A stretch of DNA of 64,000 bases, taken from the NCBI RefSeq assembly GCF_003334765.1, contig NZ_QOWT01000003.1. The stretch is one strand, 5' to 3'. Shown piece after piece: positions 23,394 through 36,065 of the stretch. Each line of letters starts with the position of its first letter. Positions within the stretch are counted from its first letter, which is position 1. The notes under the pieces were generated by a model. It was not told the origin of the DNA. It searched no databases and saw only the letters and a program-made list of their open reading frames with translations. Position numbers and translations under genes: made by a program. Origin of the DNA: Escherichia coli. Its GTDB lineage: Bacteria > Pseudomonadota > Gammaproteobacteria > Enterobacterales > Enterobacteriaceae.

Positions 23394-24758
23394 TTACGTG
23401 CAGATTTCGTAGCAAGGGATGTAGGCTGAGCCTGGCAACTTCATACGATGCTGGGCAACAAAACCCTGTAGCAGGTCGTCCATACGACGCATAATCTCTT
23501 TATCGCCGTTGATTTTGTAAGGACCAAACTCTTCAATGGCGCGAATACCGACTTCTTTTACGTTACCCGCCACAATACCGGAGAACGCACGGCGCAGGTC
23601 GGCAGCCAGCACTTCAACAGGTTGATCCGGGTAAAGCTTCAGATTAGCCATATTCTCGTGAGACGGCTCAAACGGCATTTGCAAATCTGGCGCAATGCGC
23701 ATTGACCAGTTAAAGCTGTAGGCATCGCCTGTATCACGGCGATTTTCTTTCACCAGCGGCATCGATTTTTTCATCTGACGAGCGACTTCAGCTGCGTCAT
23801 CAATGATGATGCGGTAATGGCGGCGCGCGTTTTCACCCAGCGTATGCACGACAAACTCGTCCAGTACGCGGAAGTAGTCGGCGCTCTCTTTCGGGCCGGT
23901 GAGGATCAATGGTAAAACCTGATCTTTGTTGGCCGGGTTCATTAAAATTCCCAGCAAATAGAGCAACTCTTCTGCCGTACCCACACCGCCAGGGAAGATA
24001 ATGATACCGTGAGCGATACGGACAAACGCTTCCAGACGTTTTTCGATATCTGGCATGATGATCAATTCGTTGACCAGCGGGTTAGGCGGTTCAGCGGCGA
24101 TAATCGACGGCTCTGTCATACCAATAAAACGACTGTCTTTGTAACGCTGCTGCGCGTGTCCGACCGCAGCACCTTTCATCGGCGCTTCCATCGCTCCCGG
24201 ACCACAGCCGGTGCAGATATTCAGCTCACGCAGGCCCAGCTGGTTTCCGACGCGACGGGCATACAAATACTCGTTTTCGTTAATTGAGTGACCGCCCCAG
24301 CAGACCACCATATTTGGCGCTTCACCCACATGCAGCGCGCGAGCGTTACGCAAGATGGAAAAGACCAGGTTAGTGATGTGGACGGAGTTGTCGAGATTCA
24401 GGTTGGGAAAACGAACGGTGTTATGGATTTGCCCGTAAACGAAGAGAATGTCACGCAGGACCGCGAACAAGTTGGCCTGCAAAGCGCGAATAATTCGCCC
24501 ATCGACAAAAGCCTCTTCCGGGGGATTAATCAGTTCCAGCTTTACGCCGCGTTCACGGCGCAAGACGTTAATATCGAAATTTTCAAAACGAGACAGCAAT
24601 TCTTTGCTGTTATCGGTCAAACTACCGGAGTTCAGTACGGCAAGTGAACAGTTGCGAAACAGTTGATAGAGGTCGCTGCTGGCGGTGCGTTTAAGCATAT
24701 CCACTTCCAGCTGCGACAACATATCCATGGAGCCAAGCGGGCTAATATGTGTAATCAA
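23394..24758 (-). CDS. ppnN: Pyrimidine/purine nucleotide 5'-monophosphate nucleosidase (LOG-family)
   Basis: 454-aa ORF matching PpnN (YgdH); hairpin plus T-run terminator just downstream at about 23355-23390. Confidence 0.9.
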
Positions 24759-24869
24759 GAAAAACTCCTTATGGGACGAATATCGTCATTCCCTTTGATT
24801 ACAATAGCCCTGCCTGATGACCTTTCACAACCTTCTGCGTGAATCCAGCACGCAAAATTGAGAAAAAAT

Positions 24870-25718
24870 TTATTGCCGAACCAGTCTTGTGGTCGATGGG
24901 ACAAAATCGCTATTACTGCGCCACGGGTTAATGTCCAGACCGCCACGACGGGTATAACGTGCGTAAACGCTCAATTTTTCTGGCTGGCAGAAGCGTAACA
25001 GGTCATTAAAGATGCGTTCCACGCACTGTTCGTGGAACTCGTTGTGATGACGGAATGAGACCAGGTAACGCAGCAGTTTTTCTCTGTCAATTTGGCGTCC
25101 ACGATACTGAATTTGGAGCGAACCCCAATCTGGTTGATGGGTGATCAGGCAGTTTGATTTCAGCAGGTGGCTGACAAGCGTCTCTTCCACTACTTTTTCA
25201 CCACAGGTGGCATTCTCCAGATAGTCAGTAGTGAATTCATAGTTATCGATAGTGATATCCTGGTCATCAATGCAAGTGCCATTAAAATGACCTATCGGCT
25301 GGCCTTCCAGTTCATCAAGACGATATAACGCCACGCTAATCTTACCCTGAGCGCAAGTGCTTAAGTCGCGCTCCAGCGTCTGGCGCACCTCATCCCAGTT
25401 ATTAAAACGCGTCTGGTTAAAACTGTTGAGATAGAGCTTAAAACTCTTCGACTCAATCAGATTTACGCTGGTGTAATCAAGTTCAACATGACCGACAGCG
25501 ACCTGCGGCAAACCTTTCGCATTCAGCCAGGAAAGTTCATACAGCGTCCAGATATCCGTACCGTGAAAAGGCAGGTTATCCGCTTTCAGACCCAGCGGGT
25601 CGCGATTCAGGCTGCGTGGAACGCCTTGCAGTAGGCTGGCGTCATAGGTATCCCGGTAATCGGTTGATTTTCCAAGAGTCAGGCCCGCAAGTGCCTGATG
25701 GTTTGCATAAGAAGACAT
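24870..25718 (-). CDS. queF: NADPH-dependent 7-cyano-7-deazaguanine (preQ0) reductase
   Basis: 282-aa ORF matching QueF (YqcD). Confidence 0.92.
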   Translation of the reverse strand: MSSYANHQALAGLTLGKSTDYRDTYDASLLQGVPRSLNRDPLGLKADNLPFHGTDIWTLYELSWLNAKGLPQVAVGHVELDYTSVNLIESKSFKLYLNSFNQTRFNNWDEVRQTLERDLSTCAQGKISVALYRLDELEGQPIGHFNGTCIDDQDITIDNYEFTTDYLENATCGEKVVEETLVSHLLKSNCLITHQPDWGSLQIQYRGRQIDREKLLRYLVSFRHHNEFHEQCVERIFNDLLRFCQPEKLSVYARYTRRGGLDINPWRSNSDFVPSTTRLVRQ

Positions 25719-25785
25719 GTTTCACCGTCATAAACCAGATAAACTAAACGACAAGTGTATCTGGTTTAAGTGAAGAGAGAAATTA

Positions 25786-26331
25786 GTGGACGATTTGACC
25801 GCACAAGCCCTGAAAGATTTTACTGCACGCTACTGCGATGCGTGGCATGAAGAGCATAAAAGCTGGCCGTTAAGTGAGGAACTGTACGGTGTTCCTTCAC
25901 CGTGCATTATTTCAACTACCGAAGATGCCGTATACTGGCAACCCCAGCCGTTTACCGGGGAACAAAATGTAAACGCGGTTGAACGCGCTTTTGATATTGT
26001 GATACAACCCACAATTCATACCTTTTATACGACTCAGTTTGCCGGGGATATGCACGCGCAGTTTGGCGATATCAAACTGACATTGCTGCAAACCTGGAGT
26101 GAAGACGACTTCCGTCGGGTGCAGGAAAATCTGATTGGTCATCTGGTGACTCAGAAAAGGCTAAAACTGCCGCCCACACTATTTATCGCGACGCTGGAAG
26201 AAGAGTTAGAGGTCATCTCGGTGTGTAATCTCTCCGGTGAAGTGTGCAAAGAGACGCTGGGAACACGTAAACGGACGCATTTAGCCTCAAATCTTGCGGA
26301 ATTCCTTAATCAACTTAAGCCTCTTCTGTAA
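25786..26331 (+). CDS. syd: SecY-interacting protein Syd
   Basis: 181-aa ORF matching Syd. Confidence 0.9.
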
Positions 26332-26350
26332 TCCAAATACCCCATCTGGT

Positions 26351-26368
26351 TGTGAGAGATCTCTTACA
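26351..26368. promoter_or_regulatory. UvrY (BarA/UvrY) binding box upstream of csrB
   Basis: Near-palindrome tgtgagagatctcttaca about 170 bp upstream of the csrB 5' end; matches the UvrY/SirA box as I recall it. Confidence 0.7.
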
Positions 26369-26541
26369 GACTCTGTAGGAGATCGCCAGGAAATAAGCGA
26401 ATACTTAAAAAGATAAGAATCGTTATTTTCATTTAAAATCAAAATGTTGATTGTTAATTCTTAACTTTCATATGAAATTTTCCTTAAGGCATTGTCTGTA
26501 AGCGCCTTGTAAGACTTCGCGAAAAAGACGATTCTATCTTC

Positions 26542-26908
26542 GTCGACAGGGAGTCAGACAACGAAGTGAACATCAGGATGATGACACTTCTGCAGGACAC
26601 ACCAGGATGGTGTTTCAGGGAAAGGCTTCTGGATGAAGCGAAGAGGATGACGCAGGACGCGTTAAAGGACACCTCCAGGATGGAGAATGAGAACCGGTCA
26701 GGATGATTCGGTGGGTCAGGAAGGCCAGGGACACTTCAGGATGAAGTATCACATCGGGGTGGTGTGAGCAGGAAGCAATAGTTCAGGATGAACGATTGGC
26801 CGCAAGGCCAGAGGAAAAGTTGTCAAGGATGAGCAGGGAGCAACAAAAGTAGCTGGAATGCTGCGAAACGAACCGGGAGCGCTGTGAATACAGTGCTCCC
26901 TTTTTTTA
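26542..26908 (+). ncRNA. csrB: CsrB regulatory RNA (CsrA-sequestering sRNA)
   Basis: About 367-nt non-coding stretch starting GTCGACAGGGAGTCAGACAACG, with six exact CAGGATG repeats plus about ten further GGA-containing variants (AAGGATG, CTGGATG, GAGGATG, CAGGAAG), ending in the hairpin gggagcgctgtgaatacagtgctccc followed by TTTTTTT. Confidence 0.93.
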
Positions 26909-26952
26909 TTCCTGCTATCCTTCGCGGCAGTTTTTCTTATTGAGGTTGCTTT

Positions 26953-27282
26953 ATGACCACTCATGACCGCGTTCGTCTCCAGTTGCAGGCGCTTGAAGCG
27001 TTACTGCGTGAACATCAGCACTGGCGAAACGATGAACCCCAGCCGCATCAATTTAATAGTACCCAACCGTTCTTTATGGACACCATGGAACCACTGGAGT
27101 GGTTGCAGTGGGTGCTGATCCCGCGAATGCACGATTTGTTAGATAACAAACAGCCGTTACCGGGCGCTTTTGCCGTTGCACCCTATTATGAAATGGCGCT
27201 GGCGACGGACCATCCGCAACGCGCGCTTATTCTGGCTGAGCTGGAAAAACTGGATGCTCTTTTTGCGGATGATGCGAGCTAA
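26953..27282 (+). CDS. yqcC: DUF446 family protein
   Basis: 109-aa ORF; matches YqcC by sequence and position upstream of truC. Confidence 0.85.
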   Translation: MTTHDRVRLQLQALEALLREHQHWRNDEPQPHQFNSTQPFFMDTMEPLEWLQWVLIPRMHDLLDNKQPLPGAFAVAPYYEMALATDHPQRALILAELEKLDALFADDAS

Positions 27283-28064
27283 TGCTGGAAATACTCTATC
27301 AGGATGAATGGCTGGTTGCGGTAAATAAACCCTCCGGCTGGCTGGTTCACCGCAGCTGGCTGGATCGCGACGAGAAAGTAGTGGTCATGCAAACCGTGCG
27401 TGACCAGATAGGCCAGCATGTTTTTACTGCTCATCGTCTGGACCGACCCACTTCTGGTGTGTTGTTGATGGGATTATCCAGCGAGGCCGGACGGCTGCTG
27501 GCACAACAGTTTGAACAGCACCAAATCCAGAAACGTTACCATGCGATTGTGCGCGGCTGGTTGATGGAAGAAGCGGTGCTGGATTATCCACTGGTGGAAG
27601 AACTGGACAAAATCGCTGATAAATTTGCCCGCGAAGATAAAGGCCCGCAGCCAGCAGTGACGCATTATCGCGGTCTGGCGACCGTAGAAATGCCGGTAGC
27701 GACCGGACGTTACCCGACCACGCGCTACGGCCTGGTGGAACTGGAGCCGAAAACCGGACGCAAACATCAGCTTCGCCGACATCTTGCCCATTTGCGTCAT
27801 CCGATTATTGGCGATAGCAAACATGGCGATTTACGCCAGAATCGCAGCGGTGCTGAGCATTTTGGCCTCCAGCGGTTAATGCTACATGCCAGTCAGTTGT
27901 CATTGACGCATCCTTTTACTGGCGAGCCGCTGACTATTCACGCGGGCCTGGACGACACCTGGATGCAGGCGTTATCACAATTTGGCTGGCGCGGTCTGCT
28001 TCCTGAAAATGAAAGGGTTGAGTTCAGTGCGCCATCGGGTCAGGATGGAGAGATAAGTTCCTAA
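27282..28064 (+). CDS. truC: tRNA pseudouridine(65) synthase
   Basis: 260-aa ORF with the RluA-family motif [12 protein letters not shown]; start overlaps the yqcC stop. Confidence 0.92.
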
Positions 28065-28081
28065 TCCAGGGAGAAAACGGT

Positions 28082-28531
28082 ATGGCGGAAATTGGTATTT
28101 TTGTCGGCACCATGTACGGGAATTCACTGTTAGTGGCCGAAGAAGCGGAAGCGATTCTGACCGCGCAGGGCCACAAAGCAACGGTATTTGAAGATCCTGA
28201 ATTAAGCGACTGGCTGCCCTATCAGGATAAGTATGTTCTGGTGGTTACGTCCACGACCGGGCAGGGCGACCTTCCTGATAGCATTGTGCCACTCTTTCAG
28301 GGAATCAAAGATAGTCTGGGCTTCCAGCCGAATCTGCGTTATGGCGTGATTGCGCTCGGCGACAGTAGTTATGTGAATTTCTGCAATGGCGGCAAACAGT
28401 TCGATGCCTTGTTGCAGGAACAGAGCGCTCAGCGGGTTGGCGAAATGCTGTTGATTGACGCCAGTGAGAACCCGGAACCGGAAACGGAATCAAATCCGTG
28501 GGTCGAACAGTGGGGCACGCTGTTGTCCTGA
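28082..28531 (+). CDS. yqcA: Flavodoxin-like protein
   Basis: 149-aa ORF with flavodoxin signature ([12 protein letters not shown]); matches YqcA. Confidence 0.88.
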
Positions 28532-28965
28532 TATGTTCAGCGAGCGGTAAATGTCGTTTTAGCGGTGCTGAATCGAATCTTTTCAGGCAAATGTCAGTAA
28601 AAACTGCTTCATAGCGCGGATTTTTACTGGCGTTTGCCTGGAGTCAAGCGATCCATTTCATACTCTTCTTTATTTCTTCGTTTTAACCCTTCCTTTCTTG
28701 TTCTTGTTTTCATTTCCGTGAAGTGGATTCCACCGTCCAGGGCTAATGCCAAAATCGGGCCTCATTGAACGCATTAATGTTGTGTTGTTGCACGGTGAGC
28801 CGCTATGGCGCGCTTTTTATACTGCTATTGCCAGATATAAACACGCGCCGTATTCGGCGAACGACCTATAAAAACGGCAAAAAACACCCTACGTCACCTC
28901 TGATTTCCTGGCGATGTCGCAGTCCAGAGTGAGCGTGGCTAACGCGAATTTTCAGGAGTGCAACA

Positions 28966-30318
28966 ATGAGTTCTTTAAGTCAGGCTGCGAGCAGTGTGGA
29001 AAAACGCACAAATGCTCGTTACTGGATAGTGGTGATGTTGTTTATCGTCACATCCTTCAACTACGGCGACCGCGCTACGCTCTCTATCGCCGGTTCGGAA
29101 ATGGCCAAAGATATCGGCCTTGATCCCGTGGGAATGGGCTATGTGTTCTCTGCTTTCTCATGGGCTTATGTTATCGGGCAGATCCCTGGTGGCTGGTTGC
29201 TGGACCGTTTTGGTTCAAAACGCGTCTACTTCTGGTCGATCTTTATCTGGTCGATGTTTACCTTGCTGCAAGGCTTCGTCGATATCTTTAGTGGATTCGG
29301 CATTATCGTTGCCCTGTTTACGCTGCGCTTCCTGGTCGGGCTTGCTGAAGCGCCATCTTTCCCCGGCAACAGTCGCATTGTTGCGGCCTGGTTTCCGGCG
29401 CAGGAAAGGGGAACGGCGGTGTCGATTTTTAACTCCGCTCAATACTTCGCAACGGTGATCTTCGCGCCGATTATGGGCTGGCTGACGCATGAAGTGGGCT
29501 GGTCACACGTCTTCTTCTTTATGGGCGGTCTGGGGATTGTCATCAGCTTTATCTGGTTGAAAGTCATCCACGAGCCAAATCAACATCCGGGGGTAAATAA
29601 GAAAGAGCTGGAGTACATCGCCGCGGGTGGTGCGCTGATCAATATGGATCAGCAAAACACCAAAGTTAAAGTGCCGTTCAGCGTGAAGTGGGGGCAGATC
29701 AAACAGCTGCTAGGGTCACGGATGATGATCGGCGTTTATATCGGTCAGTACTGTATCAACGCCCTGACTTACTTCTTTATTACCTGGTTCCCGGTTTATC
29801 TGGTGCAGGCACGCGGGATGTCGATTCTGAAAGCGGGCTTTGTGGCTTCCGTGCCGGCGGTTTGCGGTTTTATCGGCGGTGTGCTGGGTGGGATTATTTC
29901 CGACTGGCTGATGCGCCGCACGGGATCGCTGAACATTGCGCGTAAAACACCGATCGTAATGGGCATGTTGCTGTCGATGGTGATGGTGTTCTGCAACTAC
30001 GTCAACGTTGAGTGGATGATCATCGGCTTTATGGCGCTGGCCTTCTTCGGTAAGGGCATCGGGGCGCTGGGTTGGGCAGTAATGGCAGATACCGCGCCAA
30101 AAGAGATCAGCGGTCTTTCCGGTGGCCTGTTCAACATGTTCGGTAACATTTCTGGCATCGTCACGCCAATCGCAATTGGTTATATCGTTGGCACGACTGG
30201 CTCGTTTAATGGGGCGCTGATTTATGTTGGTGTTCATGCCTTAATCGCGGTACTGAGCTACCTGGTGCTGGTGGGCGATATCAAGCGTATCGAGTTGAAA
30301 CCTGTTGCGGGGCAATAA
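28966..30318 (+). CDS. gudP: Glucarate/galactarate MFS transporter
   Basis: 450-aa 12-TM ORF matching GudP; first gene of gudPXD. Confidence 0.92.
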   Translation: MSSLSQAASSVEKRTNARYWIVVMLFIVTSFNYGDRATLSIAGSEMAKDIGLDPVGMGYVFSAFSWAYVIGQIPGGWLLDRFGSKRVYFWSIFIWSMFTLLQGFVDIFSGFGIIVALFTLRFLVGLAEAPSFPGNSRIVAAWFPAQERGTAVSIFNSAQYFATVIFAPIMGWLTHEVGWSHVFFFMGGLGIVISFIWLKVIHEPNQHPGVNKKELEYIAAGGALINMDQQNTKVKVPFSVKWGQIKQLLGSRMMIGVYIGQYCINALTYFFITWFPVYLVQARGMSILKAGFVASVPAVCGFIGGVLGGIISDWLMRRTGSLNIARKTPIVMGMLLSMVMVFCNYVNVEWMIIGFMALAFFGKGIGALGWAVMADTAPKEISGLSGGLFNMFGNISGIVTPIAIGYIVGTTGSFNGALIYVGVHALIAVLSYLVLVGDIKRIELKPVAGQ

Positions 30319-30319
30319 G

Positions 30320-31660
30320 ATGGCGACACAATCCAGTCCTGTTATTACTGATATGAAAGTCATTCCGGTGGCCGGGCATGACAGCATGTTGCTTAATATT
30401 GGTGGGGCACATAACGCATATTTCACCCGCAATATTGTGGTACTCACCGATAACGCCGGGCATACCGGCATTGGTGAAGCGCCGGGCGGAGATGTGATTT
30501 ATCAGACGCTTGTCGATGCTATTCCGATGGTTCTGGGCCAGGAAGTTGCGCGACTGAATAAAGTGGTCCAGCAGGTGCATAAAGGTAATCAGGCCGCCGA
30601 TTTTGATACCTTCGGTAAAGGTGCCTGGACCTTTGAATTACGCGTTAACGCCGTGGCGGCGCTGGAAGCCGCTTTGCTTGACCTGCTAGGTAAGGCGCTG
30701 AATGTTCCGGTCTGCGAACTGTTAGGGCCAGGCAAGCAACGCGAGGCTATTACCGTCCTCGGTTATCTGTTTTATATCGGTGATCGGACCAAAACCGATC
30801 TTCCTTATGTGGAAAATACGCCGGGCAACCATGAGTGGTATCAGTTGCGGCATCAGAAAGCAATGAACAGCGAAGCCGTTGTGCGTCTGGCGGAAGCCTC
30901 ACAGGATCGCTACGGCTTTAAAGATTTCAAACTTAAGGGCGGCGTGTTACCTGGCGAGCAAGAAATCGACACTGTTCGTGCATTGAAGAAACGCTTCCCG
31001 GATGCGCGGATTACCGTTGATCCCAACGGTGCATGGCTGCTTGATGAAGCCATTTCTTTATGCAAAGGGCTGAATGATGTTCTTACCTATGCCGAAGATC
31101 CATGCGGCGCAGAACAGGGCTTCTCCGGACGTGAAGTGATGGCGGAATTTCGACGGGCGACCGGCTTGCCCGTCGCGACTAACATGATCGCCACCAACTG
31201 GCGCGAAATGGGTCATGCGGTGATGCTCAATGCGGTAGATATTCCACTTGCCGATCCGCACTTCTGGACGCTTTCCGGTGCAGTCCGTGTGGCGCAGCTT
31301 TGCGACGACTGGGGGCTGACCTGGGGCTGCCATTCTAATAACCATTTCGATATCTCTCTGGCGATGTTTACCCATGTGGGCGCGGCGGCACCGGGTAATC
31401 CTACCGCTATCGATACCCACTGGATTTGGCAGGAGGGCGATTGTCGCCTGACCCAAAATCCGCTGGAGATTAAAAACGGAAAAATTGCCGTTCCTGATGC
31501 GCCCGGTCTGGGCGTGGAACTGGACTGGGAACAGGTACAAAAGGCACATGAGGCCTATAAACGTCTGCCTGGCGGTGCGCGTAACGACGCAGGTCCGATG
31601 CAGTACCTGATCCCCGGCTGGACCTTTGACCGTAAACGTCCCGTTTTCGGCCGTCATTGA
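30320..31660 (+). CDS. gudX: Glucarate dehydratase-related protein (enolase superfamily)
   Basis: ORF-track frame 30305..31660; product [31 protein letters not shown]... starts at the ATG at 30320. Confidence 0.92.
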   Translation: MATQSSPVITDMKVIPVAGHDSMLLNIGGAHNAYFTRNIVVLTDNAGHTGIGEAPGGDVIYQTLVDAIPMVLGQEVARLNKVVQQVHKGNQAADFDTFGKGAWTFELRVNAVAALEAALLDLLGKALNVPVCELLGPGKQREAITVLGYLFYIGDRTKTDLPYVENTPGNHEWYQLRHQKAMNSEAVVRLAEASQDRYGFKDFKLKGGVLPGEQEIDTVRALKKRFPDARITVDPNGAWLLDEAISLCKGLNDVLTYAEDPCGAEQGFSGREVMAEFRRATGLPVATNMIATNWREMGHAVMLNAVDIPLADPHFWTLSGAVRVAQLCDDWGLTWGCHSNNHFDISLAMFTHVGAAAPGNPTAIDTHWIWQEGDCRLTQNPLEIKNGKIAVPDAPGLGVELDWEQVQKAHEAYKRLPGGARNDAGPMQYLIPGWTFDRKRPVFGRH

Positions 31661-31680
31661 TTCTGAAAAAGGACATAAAT

Positions 31681-33021
31681 ATGAGTTCTCAATTTACGAC
31701 GCCTGTTGTTACTGAAATGCAGGTTATCCCGGTGGCGGGTCATGACAGTATGCTGATGAATCTGAGTGGTGCACACGCACCGTTCTTTACGCGTAATATT
31801 GTGATTATCAAAGATAATTCTGGTCACACTGGCGTAGGGGAAATTCCCGGCGGCGAGAAAATCCGTAAAACGCTGGAAGATGCGATTCCGCTGGTGGTAG
31901 GTAAAACGCTGGGTGAATACAAAAACGTTCTGACGCTGGTGCGTAATACTTTTGCCGATCGTGATGCTGGTGGGCGCGGTTTGCAGACATTTGACCTACG
32001 TACCACTATTCATGTAGTTACCGGGATAGAAGCGGCAATGCTGGATCTGCTGGGGCAGCATCTGGGGGTAAACGTGGCATCGCTGCTGGGCGATGGTCAA
32101 CAGCGTAGCGAAGTCGAAATGCTCGGTTATCTGTTCTTCGTCGGTAATCGCAAAGCCACGCCGCTGCCGTATCAAAGCCAGCCGGATGACTCATGCGACT
32201 GGTATCGCCTGCGTCATGAAGAAGCGATGACGCCGGATGCGGTGGTGCGCCTGGCGGAAGCGGCATATGAAAAATATGGCTTCAACGATTTCAAACTGAA
32301 GGGCGGTGTACTGGCCGGGGAAGAAGAGGCCGAGTCTATTGTGGCACTGGCGCAACGCTTCCCGCAGGCGCGTATTACGCTCGATCCTAACGGTGCCTGG
32401 TCGCTGAACGAAGCGATTAAAATCGGTAAATACCTGAAAGGTTCGCTGGCTTATGCAGAAGATCCGTGTGGTGCGGAGCAAGGTTTCTCCGGGCGTGAAG
32501 TGATGGCAGAGTTCCGTCGCGCGACAGGTCTACCGACTGCAACCAATATGATCGCCACCGACTGGCGGCAAATGGGCCATACGCTCTCCCTGCAATCCGT
32601 TGATATCCCGCTGGCGGATCCGCATTTCTGGACAATGCAAGGTTCGGTACGTGTGGCGCAAATGTGCCATGAATTTGGCCTGACCTGGGGTTCACACTCT
32701 AACAACCACTTCGATATTTCCCTGGCGATGTTTACCCATGTTGCCGCCGCTGCACCGGGTAAAATTACTGCTATTGATACGCACTGGATTTGGCAGGAAG
32801 GCAATCAGCGCCTGACCAAAGAACCGTTTGAGATCAAAGGCGGGCTGGTACAGGTGCCAGAAAAACCGGGGCTGGGTGTAGAAATCGATATGGATCAAGT
32901 GATGAAAGCCCATGAGCTGTATCAGAAACACGGGCTTGGCGCGCGTGACGATGCGATGGGAATGCAGTATCTGATTCCTGGCTGGACGTTCGATAACAAG
33001 CGCCCGTGCATGGTGCGTTAA
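31681..33021 (+). CDS. gudD: D-glucarate dehydratase
   Basis: ORF-track frame 31657..33021; product [32 protein letters not shown]... starts at the ATG at 31681; paralogous to gudX. Confidence 0.93.
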   Translation: MSSQFTTPVVTEMQVIPVAGHDSMLMNLSGAHAPFFTRNIVIIKDNSGHTGVGEIPGGEKIRKTLEDAIPLVVGKTLGEYKNVLTLVRNTFADRDAGGRGLQTFDLRTTIHVVTGIEAAMLDLLGQHLGVNVASLLGDGQQRSEVEMLGYLFFVGNRKATPLPYQSQPDDSCDWYRLRHEEAMTPDAVVRLAEAAYEKYGFNDFKLKGGVLAGEEEAESIVALAQRFPQARITLDPNGAWSLNEAIKIGKYLKGSLAYAEDPCGAEQGFSGREVMAEFRRATGLPTATNMIATDWRQMGHTLSLQSVDIPLADPHFWTMQGSVRVAQMCHEFGLTWGSHSNNHFDISLAMFTHVAAAAPGKITAIDTHWIWQEGNQRLTKEPFEIKGGLVQVPEKPGLGVEIDMDQVMKAHELYQKHGLGARDDAMGMQYLIPGWTFDNKRPCMVR

Positions 33022-33143
33022 GACAGAAAACCAAAACCGGCTCTATCTGGAGCCGGTTTGAGACTGATGCTAAACGCAAAATAGCCTGTTGTGCTATGTA
33101 TCAGGTCTACATCATTTTTTAATTCATTGAATTTAATTGGTTT

Positions 33144-33180
33144 TGTAGGCCGGATAAGGCGTTAACGCCGCATCCGGCAT
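33144..33180. repeat. REP element
   Basis: tgtaggccggataaggcgttaacgccgcatccggcat between convergent gudD and barA. Coordinates approximate. Confidence 0.75.
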
Positions 33181-33252
33181 AAACACAGGCACTTTGTCAC
33201 CAATCTGAAACCAGCGTCATAAAAAGCCGATTGCTACTCGACAAGACATCCA

Positions 33253-36009
33253 TTACCCGAGAATTTTGCTGGCTTCGCGCGCGACATTATCCATCTCGTC
33301 CAACAGTTCCAGCAGCTCCGGTTCCAAATCTTCTTCTTTAGTACCGCTACGTAGCTGTTGTTCGATCAGTTGGCAGAGATTCTTCATACGTGGCACACCG
33401 CTATAGCCGCAACTGCCATGCAGTTTATGAATCAAATCAACCAGGCCTTCCGGGTTTTCTCCAACCAGCTGTTCCTCAACTTTGTTGCGAACTTCAGGCA
33501 GGAAATCGAGTAACATTTGCAGCATATCGCGCGCTAAATCGGTTTTTCCTGCTGCCTGGCGTAGTGCCAGTTGCCAGTCGAGGGTCGCATTCGGGTTCAC
33601 CACAATTTCGTTGACTTCGGGCGTCACGACGCGAGAGGAAATACCGCTGCCAGGCTTGTAGCGCAACAACAAATTATGCAATCGCTCTTCTTCAATCGGT
33701 TTCGCCAGATAATCGCTCATCCCTGCGCCAAGCAGCTTCTCTTTTTGCCCGGCCATTGCATGCGCCGTTACCGCGATAACCGGCGTTTGTTGCTGATGCG
33801 GGAGTTGGTGGATGAGTTCGCAGGCCCGAATGCCATCCATGTCCGGCATTTGAATATCCATTAAGATCAAATCGAACGGCATCTGTTTCGCCCGTTCAAC
33901 CGCCTGATGCCCGCTATCGCAAAGTTCCACATGTTGCACCATATCTTCCAGCAATGCGCCGATAAGTTTCAGGTTAGCGGGGTTGTCATCAACCGCCATG
34001 ACTGTCATTGCCAGCTTACTTTCATCGGTTACAGGCAAAAGCGTGTTTTGTTTGTGATGACAAAATTCCGTCAGGGCAGGCAACAGGCGTGTAGGTGTTA
34101 ATGGTTTCAGCAGACACGCGCCGATACCATCTTGCTTGAGTTTTTCAGCATTGACTTGTGCATGGCAAGGAAGTGCCAGCATCAGGAAATCGGTCATCGA
34201 TACCGCTTTCGCTAATCGCTCATGTTGCATTGTTAGCGGCTCGCGGAAGGTCACCGCGATGCCTAACAACATCATGTCGTAATGCGCGGGAGGCAGCGCG
34301 GAGAACGTTGGGCTATAAACCACTTCCAGCGGCGTTTCACTTAAAATATCCAGCGTGCATTGCGCTGCTGCGGAGTTTGGTTCGACATAGGCCAGGCGCT
34401 TACCTGCGAGGCACTGGGTGGATGGCCCTTCGATAATAATGTTCGGGTTCAGATCGAGATTAATGTGGAACCAGAAAGTTGAACCGCGATTCGGCTGGCT
34501 ATGGAACGAAATATCGCCGCCCATTTCATTAACCAGTTTTTGTGTAATCACCAGCCCCAGCCCGGTGCCACCATGACGGCGGGAAATACTGGCATCAGCC
34601 TGTCGGAAGGCCTGGAATAAGCGCGATTGATCGCGTTCAGGAATACCAATGCCGGTATCCCGAATCTGCACTTCAATCTGCACTTTGGTATTACTCAGCG
34701 CACGTTTTTCTACCAGAATATCAATGTTGCCATTCTCGGTGAATTTAATTGCATTCCCCACCAGGTTAGTGATGATTTGCTGTAATCGCAGCGGGTCGCC
34801 GATCACGTTATCAGGCACGTCGCTTTTAATATTGAGCGTCAGTTCTAACCCTTTATCGTGAGAAGAATGTGCCAGCAGAGTAACGACTTCATCCAGCGTG
34901 CTGCGTAGTGGGAATGGAATACTTTCCAGAATCAGCTTACCTGCTTCCAGTTTCGAGAAGTCGAGAACATCATTAATAATTGCCAGCAAATTATTTGCCG
35001 AACGTTCAATCGTATTCAGGTGATCGCGCTGCGTTGGTGTTAATTCTGTTTTCAGCGTCAGGCGGGTAAAGCCAATAACACCATTCAGTGGTGTACGCAG
35101 CTCGTGTGACATATTTGCCAGAAACTCGGATTTAATACGCGCCGCTTCCTGGGCGCGCTTTTTCGCCAGATCTAACTCAACGTTCTGAATTTCCATCTGC
35201 TCCAGCGTTTCACGCAGATCGGACGTCGCCTGGTCGATATTGTGCTGCATCTCTTCGTGATAAGCAGCCAGCGACATTGCCATCGAGTTGATACCGTTTT
35301 TCAGCATATCCAGCTCGCCGAGCATAAATCCTTCCACCCGGCTGTCGAGTTGCCCGCGACGGATGCGGTCGACGGTATTCACCATGTTGCGAATCGGACC
35401 GGTTACATCGCGCATTAAGCGCCAGCCAAAAATAAGCGCAATACCGATACAAAACAGCATCATCACGCTGGAAATAAAGATCTCTTTATATTGCTGCAAG
35501 CGAACCGATTTAAGATCCAGCTCCAGCGCAATATATCCCAACATATTTTGACTATTTTTGGCATCGCTACTGGGCGATTCGTCGGGGGAGTAACTCTCAG
35601 AAATAATCGGCGTGCGGAGGATCATAATATCGCCGTCACGAGTGACAGTGAGCTGGCGAGGAAACGGCACGTTGCTGCCGAGCTGCATTGATGAGGGATC
35701 AAGATGAAAATTGGAGGTGACAAAGAGTCGGTTATTTTCATCATAAACCGAAATCGCGCGAACAATATCGGAATGGCGACGATGCAGTACGCTTATTAAC
35801 TGACCGATAGATTCGCGATTTTGCAGGCTCATGCCATATTCAGTAGAAACTGCAAGCGGCTCAATAATGCTGGCACCGGCATCTTCCAGTTGACGCTGCA
35901 AGTCGTTATAGCGATGCACGACGAAAAAGATACTCAGCAATAAACCAATAAGGACGGTCGGTGCCAGGATCAGAATCATCATGCGTGCGCGCAGGCTGTA
36001 GTTGGTCAT
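33253..36009 (-). CDS. barA: Tripartite hybrid sensor histidine kinase BarA
   Basis: 918-aa ORF with HAMP, HisKA (SHELRTPLN), HATPase, receiver (D...K) and HPt domains. Confidence 0.95.
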
Positions 36010-36065
36010 GGAGTTCCGTTATGGGACAATTAAGGTCACACTGTTAAATTGAGAAAGTCTCGCCA

